Origin: Eledone cirrhosa
Lineage: Eukaryota
NCBI GenBank assembly: GCA_964016885.1
Contig: OZ024755.1
Span: forward strand, 39,432,001-39,496,000
Direction of reading: 5' to 3'
Length of the DNA stretch: 64,000 nt
The position numbers were made by a program, and so were the translations under genes. Position 1 is the first letter of the stretch; each line of letters opens with the position of its first letter. The notes beneath the pieces are model-generated. The model made no database searches, had not been told where the DNA came from, and saw only the letters and a list, made by a program, of their open reading frames with translations. This document shows, piece by piece, positions 25,620 to 37,890 of the stretch.

Positions 25620-26635
25620 AAACAACATCGCAACTGGTCGGCCGTTAATATATGTCACACCAACATCACAGCCAAACACAACCACATAACAACATCACAA
25701 CCAAACGCAACCACATAACAACATCACAACTGGCCGGCCGTCAATATATGACACAGCAACATCACACCCAAACACAACCACATAACAACATCACAACTGG
25801 CCGGCCGTCAATATATGACACAGCAACATCACAACCACACACAACCACATAACAACATCACAACCAAACACAACCACATAACTGCATCACAACTGGCCGG
25901 CCGTCAATATATGACACAGCAACATCACAAACACACACAACCACATAACAACATCACAACCAAACACAACCACATAACTGCATCACAACTGGCCGGCCGT
26001 CAATAAATGACACAGCAACATCACACCCAAACACAACCACATAACAACATCACAACTGGCCGGCCGTCAATATATGACACAGCAACATCACAACCACACA
26101 CAACCACATAACAACATCACAACCAAACACAACCACATAACTGCATCACAACTGGCCGGCCGTCAATATATGACACAGCAACATCACAAACACATACAAC
26201 CACATAACAACATCACAACCAAACACAACCACATAACTGCATCACAACTGGCCGGCGGTCAATATATGACACAGCAACATCACAAACACACACAACCACA
26301 TAACAACATCACAACCAAACACAACCACATAACTGCATCACAACTGGCCGGCCGTCAATATATGACACAGCAACATCACACCCAAACACAACCACATAAC
26401 AACATCACAACTGGCCGGCCGTCAATATATGACACAGCAACATCACAACCACACACAACCACATAACAACATCACAACCAAACACAACCACATAACAACA
26501 TCACAACCAAACACAACCACATAACTGCATCACAACTGGCCGGCCGTCAATATATGACACACCAACATCACAACATCAAATACAAAATGCAACCACATAA
26601 CAGTACCACAACCGGGTGTCCGTCAATATATGTCA
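25620..26635 (+). repeat. Minisatellite of about 96-bp and 67-bp units built from ACAACCACATAACAACATC subunits
   Basis: Recurring CAACTGGCCGGCCGTCAATATATGACACAGCAACATC. The 96-bp unit gives the 32-aa repeat ORFs. Confidence 0.92.
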
Positions 26636-27200
26636 CAACAAAACACCAACAGACCAGCATCTCATCCTAAATCAAGCCACAGATCGAACTATAACGAAGA
26701 GCCAGCACATAGGAAGGCCTCCAAATGTAACTGCCATCTGCCAGATAAATGCCCACTACAAAATAGATGCCTGGAGTCCAGTATGTTATACCTGTGCACT
26801 ATTAAGTCTGGTGACCAGGCGTGGTATTATATAGGTTCCACAGTCAGTGACGTCAAACAACGATGGTATGTGCATCGGCACTCCATAAAGAACCGGAGAC
26901 TCAGTAACGCAACGATGCTGGCCAATGAAATCTGGCAGCTTGTGGATAGTAATCAAGGATATGAAATAAGGTGGTCGATATTATCGAATACCAGAACCTA
27001 CTTTATGGGATGCCCCAATGCGGATTATGCAATATGGAATTACTCTATATTCTGCAATATAAGACTCTACTAAATAGCAAAATCGAAAGATCAATTTTCT
27101 GTAGGCACAAAACTGCCGGCAAATACTGGAATTACAAACCAAGATAAACAGGATTCGATCCAGCAACCTCATTATCTATATAAACAAAACAATTCCCTGG
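26630..27200 (+). pseudogene. Penelope-like GIY-YIG endonuclease remnant with CxCx5CPx4C linker
   Basis: KCNCHLPDKCPLQNRCL, LYLCTI...YYIGST...KQRWYVH..SI....NATMLANEIWQL...IRWSIL. Frameshift in the C-terminal Cys region. Confidence 0.78.
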
Positions 27201-27421
27201 ATTTATAGCGTCTGCAAAATTGGCGCCACCGAACCACTATACGATCTCCTTACCACCGTTAAGGATTAATCCCTCTACGAATAGTGATATATATATGAAT
27301 GTATGTATAGTATATTTGAAAATATACAGTATATTTAATTAAAAACATTTTGAAGACCATTCGCTATGAATTTTAAAGTAGTGACTATGTCACTTACTTA
27401 TTCTTGGCAAAAACAAATGCG

Positions 27422-27470
27422 AGTAATCGACAGTCTTGTTTCTCGCTCGTTAACGGTTATCAAGATTACT
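27422..27470 (-). ncRNA. Hammerhead-like motif with UUGAUAA core in a diverged relative of the 23848 family (element about 27265-27595)
   Basis: AGTAATC-TTGATAA-..-GAAA-CAAGACTG-TC/GATTACT. Flanks share TTTTGAAGAC, AGTAGTGAC, CACTTACTT and ATTCTTATAGAATTC with 23930-24105. Confidence 0.55.
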
Positions 27471-27609
27471 TACCCCTTTGTTTCCGCCGAGGATTATAGA
27501 AGCTGGATTCTTATAGAATTCCAATAATGTTTAAGAGCTGATTAAACAGAGTGGTTGCCGGTCCAGCAAAATTTAGGTTTATTATCAAATATACTACACA
27601 CACACACAC

Positions 27610-27660
<51 letters not shown>

Positions 27661-27663
<3 letters not shown>

Positions 27664-28007
27664 TAATAAAGAAGAAATTAAAAGATGGTTAAAAGAGTTC
27701 CATATATTTTATTATGCGCATTTCGAATACAATATCATCCTCGGACAAAAATTGTGTTCTCATCAGATAAAATAAGGTAACATAATATGAGGCATAATAG
27801 GACTTGTTTACAGGAAAGTGCTAAGTCTACAATTTCCTGTAAACAAGTACTATTATGCCTCATATCATGTTTCCTTATTTTATCTGATGAGAACACAATT
27901 TTTGTCCCAGGATGATGTTGTATTCGAAATGCGCATAATAAAATATATGGAACTCTTTTAACCATCTTTTAATTTCTTCTTTATTATATATACTCCAGTT
28001 CTACCAA
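27661..28007. mobile_element. Inverted-repeat island with an intact hammerhead in each arm
   Basis: 27663-27817 mirrors about 27831-27987. Right arm has the tail TACTCCAGTTCTACCAA. (TA)n flanks. Confidence 0.88.
27876..27945 (+). ncRNA. Type I hammerhead ribozyme (mirror at 27705-27774 on minus strand)
   Basis: TATTTTAT-CTGATGA-GAACACAA...TTGTATTC-GAAA-TGCGCA-TA/ATAAAATA. Canonical core, 8-bp stem I, palindromic stem III. Confidence 0.85.
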
Positions 28008-28234
28008 TATATATATATGCATAATAAAGTCTCCTTCCGCCTTTCTGAGATTTTCTCGCATGCTACGGACGTATGCAGTTAGGGCTCTTCCCTGAGGTGC
28101 TCCCTTGATAAGCTGGCTTACCTCACAACAATGTTACATATCTATGATATACATTTTTGCATAGTGACCAGCGAAACTGTACAGTCGGGACGAAAGAAAA
28201 AATAGGTATTTTGTATCTATTATTCCTTTTTATA

Positions 28235-28312
<78 letters not shown>

Positions 28313-28316
<4 letters not shown>

Positions 28317-28671
28317 GAAAAAAAGATGAAATCGAAAATGCAACTGGAGTCTTATTTTTAAAAAAAATATATATATTTATTTGGTTCCTTTACCGGTTTC
28401 GCAGTTCTTCTGCTTTTCGTTAGTAGAGTTGAGATGGAGGGTCTGTGGTTTTTCTTACATCTGTGAGAAAAACCACAGAGCCTCCATCTCAACTCTACTT
28501 TTGAAAAGCAGAAGAACTGTGAAACCGGTAAAGGAACCAAATAAATATATATATTTAAAAAAAAAATAAGACTCCAGTTGCATTTTCGATTTCATCTTTT
28601 TTCTTTATACTCTCACTCGTGTAGGAAACCTCGGTTATTTTTCATTTTGTAAAAAAACCCTCACTTTCTAA
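28313..28671. mobile_element. Inverted-repeat island with 3' hammerhead halves (GAAACCGGTA) and one-sided tail
   Basis: 28315-28449 mirrors 28452-28605. Tail starts ATACTCTCACTC. Confidence 0.75.
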
Positions 28672-28687
28672 TATATATATATATAGT

Positions 28688-29460
28688 TGTAGAACACTGG
28701 AAGGTAATATCCGTAGTGGTAGAGCACTCAGTCCATGGGGACGATTTACCTAGGTAGAAGTGGTTACACAACAGTCAGTTCACCATACCGAGAACAATTG
28801 TTTCACCTTAGCGGATCCTCAGCTCGTAATGGACATGATTATACGGAATAGGAAGGCCACCGTACGAACGCGCATACGCAGAAACGGTCACTTCCCTCTG
28901 GCAATTCTAAATTGTGTGCGAGAGGTGTAAGCGAGATAACTGCGAAAGTCCGACCCCATTTCACGCGCACGCGCGCTCTGCCGAATACCTCAGATATTCA
29001 AAACAACAAACAGCGAAGGACGCGTTCCGGACTTGTCCGACAGACAACCTTTTCCCCCAACCCGGAAAAAACCCCAGTTGATGGATGTGAATCCGAAATA
29101 TATAGGAACTATTAAATCTCTCCCAAGGTAACTCTCTCTTGTGTTGTTATTTTTATTTTATCCTTTATACTCTTCCCTTCATTCTACACATCTCACACAT
29201 CTTATACACACCACGCATCTCAACGTACACCCACTTACATCTCTCTCTCCACCACCGGACCTTGTTACCCGGAGATTTACCCATTTGCATTGTCGAGGCT
29301 TCCAAACGACTTAAAGATATTTACTTATTGTTCCACAATGCTTCAAGCAAACTTCAATACTCTCTTATATACTAAATATTTTGTTACAAAATTCAAAAAC
29401 ATTTTTATCTATAAAGCAAGTTTAAATACATATTAAATATGTATAGGGATATTTACTACA
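28688..29460. mobile_element. Dispersed repeat, possibly a solo LTR (partial second copy at 36391-36652)
   Basis: About 260 bp shared with 36391-36652. Begins TGTAG and a CTACA occurs at 29460, but no TSD seen. Confidence 0.35.
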
Positions 29461-29913
29461 ACCTATGCACATATCACCATCAGTATATGTATTTTATATA
29501 ATGTTAAGAATTATTATCTGAATTATTCTATTTACATTATAAAAAAGTTCAATTCATTGGTTGTCATTTTCTTAAAGGATTAATGAGTAGTTATATTTAC
29601 TCTTAAAAGTGTTATTATTTCGATTTTACTTCTGTAACTATGGTAGGATGTATTACATTGACAGAAGCTTACACGATTACAAACTGTATTCAGGAATGTA
29701 TTATTGAAACTACAAGCAATGCTGGAGCGATGATTCTAAAATTGTAATATTGAATATTATGTTGTAGAAGATTAGAAAAGTTGTTTTAAATCACCTGCCA
29801 TGTATTGTGTACTGTTAAAATGGAGCACATGAAGCACAGTTTTACTCATTCAAGAGACATGCCTGATAACACACAAACACAGACATAGACACACAAACAC
29901 ACGCACAGACATG

Positions 29914-30034
<121 letters not shown>

Positions 30035-30044
30035 TTTTCCTCCA

Positions 30045-30640
30045 CCCAGGCAATAATTCTGAAAAGAATAACTGAGGTGTGCTAGGTATGTTGTTCGTAT
30101 GGCTGTTGAACCTATCCCCAAGCAACTATTTTATGGGGAACTTAATCAGGGAAAAAGGAAACGAAGCAAGCCGAAGAAGCCTTTCAAGGGTGCCTTTAGG
30201 AAGAACATGATGAATGTAGGAATCAATTAAAAAAAAAATGGAAAGACTTGCAGTGAAACTATCTAGATGGCGGTTAAAAATATGGGATTTTGTGAAAACA
30301 TTTGAGACAAATAGACGAAATGCAAGTAAATATTAAGGAAAAAATATCCAGTAAGTGAGTACGAAATTAATGGGAATTTTTCTACTTGTACAGTTAATGG
30401 CAAAATCTGCCTGTCAGAAGCTCGACTTCAATCTAATATGAGAACACACCATAGAACACTTCCTACTGACATCAGAACATAACCAGTTATCAGAAGCTCG
30501 ACTTCAATCTAATATGAGAACACACCATAGAACACTTCCTACTGACCTCAGGACATACCAAACAGTTCACACTTATCATATATGTCACAAAATATGTAAA
30601 TCTAAAGGATGTCTAAAGAGACATTTCAAGGGTTCATCAC
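30045..30640 (+). pseudogene. Degenerate RTE/BovB-like LINE 3' remnant
   Basis: QLR..G.VVRM...[24 protein letters not shown] motif, followed by decayed zinc-finger-like segments. Confidence 0.6.
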
Positions 30641-30934
30641 GGTCACACAACTCAGACAGTTGGACCTAAACTGAAACTAAGGTGTAATTTATGGGAAAGA
30701 CATTTTAAAAGCCACATAAGTTCTCATGCCAGAACTGAGTCCCATGTATATTGAGGTGGTTATACTTTGTATTGAGCAGAAAACCATCATATATGTATGT
30801 ATATAGATACATGTGTGTGTATATATGCATGGATATATGTATATATATAGACATATAGACATATATATATACATGTATATATATGGGTTAACAAGTTATC
30901 GTGTAAATATATATACATGTATATATATATATAT

Positions 30935-31195
30935 ATAAGTATGTATGTATGTATACGTACATACATATATGTATACAGACGTACAGTAGTATGTATATAT
31001 ATACATACATGCACACATATATATATGCACGTATCGGTGCATATATATATGTGTGCATGTATGTATATATATATATACATACTGCTGTACGCCTGTATAC
31101 ATATAAGTATGTACGTATACATACATAAATACTTACATTTAAGTAAGTGCCGTTATAAGAGAAATGAAAGTTCGTTCCATTCTATTCCATTTATA
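30935..31195. repeat. Hairpin derivative of the 31791-32510 family
   Basis: Arms around the centre GCACGTATCGGTGC (about 31028-31041). The right arm ends CATTCTATTCCATTTAT then (TA)n. Confidence 0.7.
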
Positions 31196-31657
31196 TATAT
31201 ATAGACATATATATATATATACATATATATACATGTATATATAATAATAAGTAGAATATTATTTATACTTATATATACACTATATATAATTATAAACGGG
31301 AAAGGTCAGTAATTCATTACTACCTTATTACCAGTAAGAAAAATAGCTCAATGTAAATACATCAGATGTTTTACAGAGCCGGAATATAAATTACAGACAT
31401 TAAATGACACTGTTAATGACAACACTAACATCTATGTATCTTTACGATTGTTCTGTGGAATAGGGGGTTAATTATATGTCTAAAATTTGCGAGTGATCCG
31501 ATGATACCAAACTTTTCGTTTGGTATCATTGGAGCACTAGCATTATAATAAATGTTCGGTGAATCCATACGTACATATATATATGTGTGCATGTATGTAT
31601 ATATATATATACATACTACTGTACATCTGTATACATATATGCATGTACGTATACATA

Positions 31658-31694
<37 letters not shown>

Positions 31695-31790
31695 ATAATA
31701 ATAAATTTGAAGACTAAAGCAGCGATTCTTTGCTTAAACTTTAATCTGTTATTTTAATAAATATATTTATATATATATACATATATATAT

Positions 31791-32510
31791 CTTAAATGTA
31801 AGTATGTATGTATGTATACGTACATACATATATGTATACAGACCTACAGTAGTATGTATATATATATACACACATGCAAACATTTATATATATGCACGTA
31901 TCGGTTTACCGAACATTTATTATAATGCTCGGTTTGTTTGTTTGTAAACAAACAAACAGCCCGAATTACGGCGTACAGTGTTTAGGCAACCACGTCAGCT
32001 TTTTGTTCAACACTGACACAGGAACGATGTACTAGTTTCAAGTTTATTAGCTATCGTCAGCATCGTATACCTTCCAGCCAGATGGTTGAAAGTCTGAAAG
32101 TATATACTTTCCTAATGCATATTAACGGCTGGCAGCCTAATTTGCATATCGAGTGAGTTCAGTCGGCCGGGCACACTGAAAACGATAAATGGAATAGAAT
32201 GAAACGAAATTTCATTTCTCACTCTTAGTAGGCACTTACTTAAATGTAAGTATTTATGTATGTATACGTACATACATATATGTATACAGACGGGCTGTTT
32301 GTTTGTTTACAAACAAACAAACCGAGCATTATAATAAATGTTCGGTAAACCGATACGTGCATATATATATATATGTGTGCATGTGTGTATATATATACAT
32401 ACTACTGTACTCTGTATACATATATGTATGTACGTATACATACATACTTACATTTAAGTAAGTCCCGTACTAAGAGTGAGAAAGGAAATTTCGTTTCATT
32501 CTATTCTATA
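31791..32510. mobile_element. Hammerhead element: minus-strand monomer plus partial tandem (period 448 nt) and an inverted plus-strand arm
   Basis: CTTAAATGTAAGTAT..ATGTATACGTACATAC is repeated at 31791 and 32239. 32291-32510 is an inverted partial copy. Confidence 0.8.
32024..32066 (-). ncRNA. Minimal type I hammerhead ribozyme
   Basis: ACGATG-CTGACGA-TAG(CTAATAAA)CTT-GAAA-CTAG-TA/CATCGT. 6-bp stem I, palindromic stem III ACTAGT, weak stem II. Confidence 0.75.
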
Positions 32511-32515
32511 TATAT

Positions 32516-32926
32516 ATCAATAATATTAATAAATGGAAACTACCTTTATAAAACCATATTTATTTTATTATATATATTTCAAGGGTACCAAAATGTTGGC
32601 ACGCTTTCATCATATAAAATACAAAAGTTGTTTTACAGATAGTGCCATATTTGAATAGTCAAACAGAACGTAAAAAGATAAGTTCTGTTCTTGTTTTTGA
32701 ATATGTCACTATCTGTAAAACATCTTTTGTATTTTATCTTATGAGAATGTGCCAACATTTTGGTACCCTTGAATATATATATAATAAAATAAATATGGTT
32801 TTATAAAGATAGTTTCCATTTATTAATATTATTGATCTTATACTCCAGAAGAATACTGTAGAGTGGTTCGAATCTGTTATAAATGAATTTGTTGAATAAC
32901 CAACAAATTAAATAACTATTTGCTTA
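32516..32926. mobile_element. Inverted-repeat island with degenerate hammerheads (family of 56657 and 62339)
   Basis: 32516-32677 mirrors about 32679-32836. Arms: ATTTTAT-(ATGATGA or CTTATGA)-..GTGCCAA/TTGGTAC..-GAAA-TATATA-TA/ATAAAAT. Tail CTTATACTCC. Confidence 0.78.
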
Positions 32927-33184
32927 TATATATGTATATATATATATTACAGATCAGAGCAAACAACACGGACACTCTATCTCAAAATTATTTTTGAAAA
33001 GCATTTAGAAATGCGCAACCGGTAAAAACTTAAAAACTTAAAACCACAACTGAATACTAACCCATACAATTACTAATACTCTTTTATTCCTAATTAAACC
33101 ATTTTTCAACTGTGAACAATTTGTCAGCATTTTCTATTCCGTTTACCAATATATAATAACTTGTGTGTTACACCTCTATTCTTT

Positions 33185-33269
<85 letters not shown>

Positions 33270-33279
33270 ATATATAAAT

Positions 33280-33316
<37 letters not shown>

Positions 33317-33389
33317 AACATGTATGTATATATATATGTAGACATATATCAATATTTATACATGTATACATATGTATAAATATGTATGA

Positions 33390-33451
<62 letters not shown>

Positions 33452-33484
33452 CTGGGTGTGTGTTTGTGTGTCTATTTGTGTGTT

Positions 33485-33562
<78 letters not shown>

Positions 33563-33921
33563 AAACAGATAATGTTGTAGATACATTTTTAATATCTTGC
33601 AAATAAATAATATAGAAGTGATCAGAACATTAAAAATATAACATATATTACATCAACAATATATAGTTCTAATATTGTCGTAGAGAATGTTGGTTTGGGT
33701 CTTGAGAAAACAGAACAATTACTATAATTAGATGCATAATTAGTAATGTAAAAAAAACGACCCTCATCAGTGGGTTATCCTATTAATTAGAAAAGATATT
33801 GAATGTCCATAATTAATTTTGTGTCGAGTCAAAAACCTACATGTTTCTATGGCGGCTTCGAGATATATATCTATATCTATATCGATATATATATATACAC
33901 ACATATATATATATATATATA

Positions 33922-34490
33922 GCTCGGAAAAGATTTTTTCTTAGAGCTATTTAACTGTAAGAGACTACTCTCTCTGTTTCTAACCCAATATATATTTGTC
34001 GGTTCCGTCATGTAGAGCTAATTTTAATGTCCTGTCAACCAGACTGCTATTTTTACCGGCATGGAATTTCGAGACATGCTAGGTTCCAAAGACACGTGCG
34101 ATAATTCTTATCGTACACAATTTAGTCTTCTAATATTTTTAGAAGTGGAAGGATCACTAATTATTCAACAACTACCGAGGAGCAGAGAAAAGTGTGGACT
34201 TCAATTAATAAGATGTTGCGAACAGTCTCTAAAACTGTCTCGTTGTTACCAGGCGATTGCCTGATATAGATCTGTTATTTTTCTTAATTTAATACTCAAA
34301 ATTAAGTCTGACAAACCATATTGCTGTAGTTAGTATTTTTTCACCCTAGCAAACTTGGTCCTTATGATTCGACCACATGTATGTTTATATTAGTGTTCAT
34401 CTTTCTTGTTTATTCAATTATATTACACGGCTCGGAAAAGCTTTTTTCTTAGAGCTATTTAATTGTAAGAGACTACTCTGAGTTTCTAAC

Positions 34491-34495
<5 letters not shown>
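33922..34495 (+). mobile_element. Hammerhead element: 508-nt monomer plus about 65-nt direct terminal repeat in (TA)n
   Basis: GCTCGGAAAAG.TTTTTTCTTAGAGCTATTTAA.TGTAAGAGACTACTC at 33922 and 34430. Degenerate hammerhead at 34167-34247 (AACAACTA-CCGAGGA-GCAG..TTGC-GAA-CAG..CTGTC-TCGTTGTT). Confidence 0.78.
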
Positions 34496-34537
<42 letters not shown>

Positions 34538-35107
34538 TAGCAGAGGCGTAGTTCGCGTATTAAATAGCAGTTATGTATACCATTTATGTCAATACTTCAG
34601 TGCTGCTTCGAAAACTATACTTTTACAAAATCATTGGCTTTTTCCAAAAGGGGTTCCTGCCCCCAGGGGTCCGCTACTCAATATGTGCCAATTCTGAGAG
34701 TTCACATTCATCTGTAGATCAAACGTAGCCAATGTGTCAAGTTTTGTGAAAATCAGTTGCGAACTCCAGAAGTTATGACGTTTTGTTGTATTGCACTGCA
34801 GTGCTTCCGTCGACTCCAAGGAAGAGTTTAAAAGGGGTTATCTGCCGGGAGGCCCTATAATCAATATCTGGAAAAATGAAAGTGCCTATGACCCTCCGGA
34901 GTACATAAGTAACTTATGTCTTAAGTTTGGTGAAAATACTGTAGAAATGCATAAGGTTTACACACCCGCGCGCGTGTGTGTGTTTGTGTGTGTGTGTGTG
35001 TATGTATTTGTGTGTGCGTATGTATATGTATGTGTATGTCCGTCGGTGCATACGTATGTACTGGCCTAAATCTTCACTATTTACTTTTACTATTTTAAGG
35101 CAAAGTT

Positions 35108-35218
35108 AAAATCCCGTTGAGGTTAACTTTGCCTTTCATCCTTACGGGGTCGATAAAATAAAGTACCAGGAATGTACTAAAAAATTGCTGGCCTTGTGCC
35201 AAAAGTAGAAACAACTAT
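35108..35218 (+). mobile_element. SINE 3' fragment
   Basis: AAATCCCGTTGAGGTTAACTTTGCCTTTCATCCTTACGGGGTCGATAAAATAAAGTACCAG. Confidence 0.75.
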
Positions 35219-35726
35219 TTTAATAACCTCTCTCACTTTCGTTTACAATTTTATTTACATCATTCTTAAACTCCGGAGCTGGAAATCATTCAGTTATTTT
35301 AAATAGAACATTAGTGTAACGACTCCATTTATACCATAAACTTGGTCTTGTTTTGGCATGAAATTGTTCTTCTCGTTCCACATAACGACGTATTATCCTC
35401 GCTTTTTTCCGTTCATTGCCAGGGAACGTCTTCACGAACGAAAATATCGTCTTTCTATTTTCCTTCAGTCGCAATGTTTCTCGAAATATTTAATTCTGCG
35501 TTCACAGATTGAATTTTTTAGTTTCAGAAGATCCCGTTAATGTTGAAAGCAGCGATTCTTTGCTTAAACTTTCTTTCTCACCCCCTCTCCATTTTTCTCG
35601 TACCCTCTCTCTCTCTTCCTCTACAGAATTTGTTTAACAACTTTTGTTTAACAACTTTTCTACTGGTGGATATCTTCCTATCATCAACCATTTCATGCAG
35701 TGTCCTCGATTAACTACCAGACTAAT

Positions 35727-35806
35727 GAAGAAAAAGAAGAAGAAGAAGAAGAAGAAGAAGAAGAAGAAGAAGAAGAAGAAGAAGAAGAAGAAGAAGAAGA
35801 AGAAGA
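35727..35806 (+). repeat. (GAA)n microsatellite
   Basis: Read directly from the sequence. Confidence 0.95.
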
Positions 35807-36693
35807 TCTAATGATTCTGTCATTTACCGATCTTACATATTGCTCTTATATTAAAATACCATAACAGTTGGTAATTAAATCTAAATCAATTATTCCACGG
35901 TTAACTCCATGGAAAGCACCCGGATTATTATATCGCATCAAAAGTAAAGAAAGTGCCCTCTTCCAATATACTTCCTCCTGATTAGAAAAATATATTCAGA
36001 GTGGGTCTATTCCGTCTCGAGACACTTTAGTATTTAAAACAAAATTAGTTGTATTCAAAATAGAACCCAAATAACTATAAAACATGAGCGAATGCCGTCA
36101 TGTATTTTATTGTTTTCTATTTACGTCTTATCAATTTTATGATGCTCGGGTCTCTGTTATAAACTAAAATGAAGCTCATTACGATCTATTTATCCATAGG
36201 AGTAAGCTGATAACTTTACATCCCAATAGTTACGGTAAAATCATTATGGCTAGTTTTCATGGATTTTACAATGCGTCTGCTACTGATGAGTTTATTAACT
36301 TAAGGTACACGATAAGAAATTATATTTAGAACATTCTCAAAATATACATATCAACGTTATATATGTATCTATGTACATACATATATATATAGTGGTAGAA
36401 CACTGGAAGGTAATATCCGTAGTGGTAGAGCACTCAGTCCATGGGATGAGTTAGGTAGAAGTGGTTACACAACAGTTAGTTCACCATACCGAGAACAATT
36501 GTTTCACCTTAGCGGATCCTCAGCTCGTAATGGACATGGTTATACGGAACAGGAAGGACAACCGTACGAACGCCATGCACAGAAACGGTCACTTCACTCA
36601 GGCAATACTAAATTGCGTGCGAGAGCTGTAAGGGAGATAACTGCAAAAGTACGAAAGTTTCTAGCTGATAAAAAAATTAGGTTGTTCTTGTAA

Positions 36694-37890
36694 TTCAATC
36701 CGGAGCTTTGTAGTTATGTAAGAGGTGTTTCCAGACGTGTGGACAACGTGTGAAGAATTCATTTCTTGTGTTTAGGCAATCGCTATTGCGAAATCTCTTT
36801 AGAATATTTATTCGTTCATCAATACATAGTCCACACGACGGATTGCCCCTTGCGTATGGCTTGGACTTAGTGATGGCTTTCCATTGAATGGAGTAGTCTA
36901 TACTTGAGTCATTGAGGGACCATACGTGGCTCGCGAATTTCGTGGATGAACATCTGTCCGAGTACCTAAAGGTCGACTGGTGGTTCAGGAAACGTTCCTT
37001 AAATCGGCCCTTCGCCATACCCACATATGATTTGACCTCCTCTGGTTGATTTGGTCGGTTGGAAGTGACCACAGCTTCATAAACTACAACGGGTGTGTTT
37101 CATTGCTGTTGAAGGAGACAAGCTTCGGGCTTACGGCAAGAGCACCCTGGTGGTGTGTTGCTCTTAGGGCTGTTGGTGATGTGGACCTTCATGTTCTTAA
37201 TGTAGGAGTATCCTAGTTTTACTTTATGTCGGTTAAAGATGGAGCGGTATTTATGACCTATAGGAAAGTCTCTATCTAAGAGGGCTAGAAATGTTTTACC
37301 TACATTGGTTTTAACGTTGAGTGAGAAGGGAGGAGTGAACCAGATAGTTTCTCTATTATTACGTTTGTTTTCTTATTGCTGTTGTTGTTAATGGGAGAGT
37401 AAGTGATAGGTTGCGCGAAGCCGCTTTTAGCTAACGCCGTGTTATAGGAGGGTGCCGCTCTATCAAAGATAGCCTTATTAGAGGAGAGGTTTGAGATTCT
37501 AGTAGTGATATACTTTACGAATTTCTAAAAACAGTGGGAGGGTGGCATCAGTCCTTGTGAATGTAATTGAGTTTTTCGTTAAGCTTACGGAAGGGTCTGT
37601 AGGTATGTGTACGAAGGTCTAAATTAATGTCTAAGAAATCTACGCTAGAGAGGTTGGTAGCTGCTGTTATCCTAAGTCCTAACTCATTGAAGTAGAAGCT
37701 AAGTCCCTTTTAAACCGGTCGAGGTCGTGACCACTTTTATGGCCCGATAAGGTCAGTCCATCGTCGCGTTATATTCCCGTGTGGAAGTCCGGGAATCTAA
37801 CACGTAATATGTCTAAGATAAATAGGCCAACCAAGTCGCATACGTCAGCACTGTCAAACGATCCCATGGAGACGTGGAACGGGTCTGAAG
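36694..37890 (-). pseudogene. Penelope-like element remnant with RT and C-terminal GIY-YIG endonuclease
   Basis: Minus strand: SMGSFDSADVCDLVGLFIL, RDDGL, VDFLDINLDL, PFRKLN, WFTPPFS.NVKTNVG..FL.L, then CSC....C.L and ORF 36695..37072 (YVGMAKGRFKERFLNH...IQWK...CGLC..E...LNTRNEFFTRCPH). Several stops and frameshifts. Confidence 0.85.

Noticed and set aside
36283-36310. CTGATGAG as a hammerhead core
   Set aside because: No GAAA after the short stem and no stem I.
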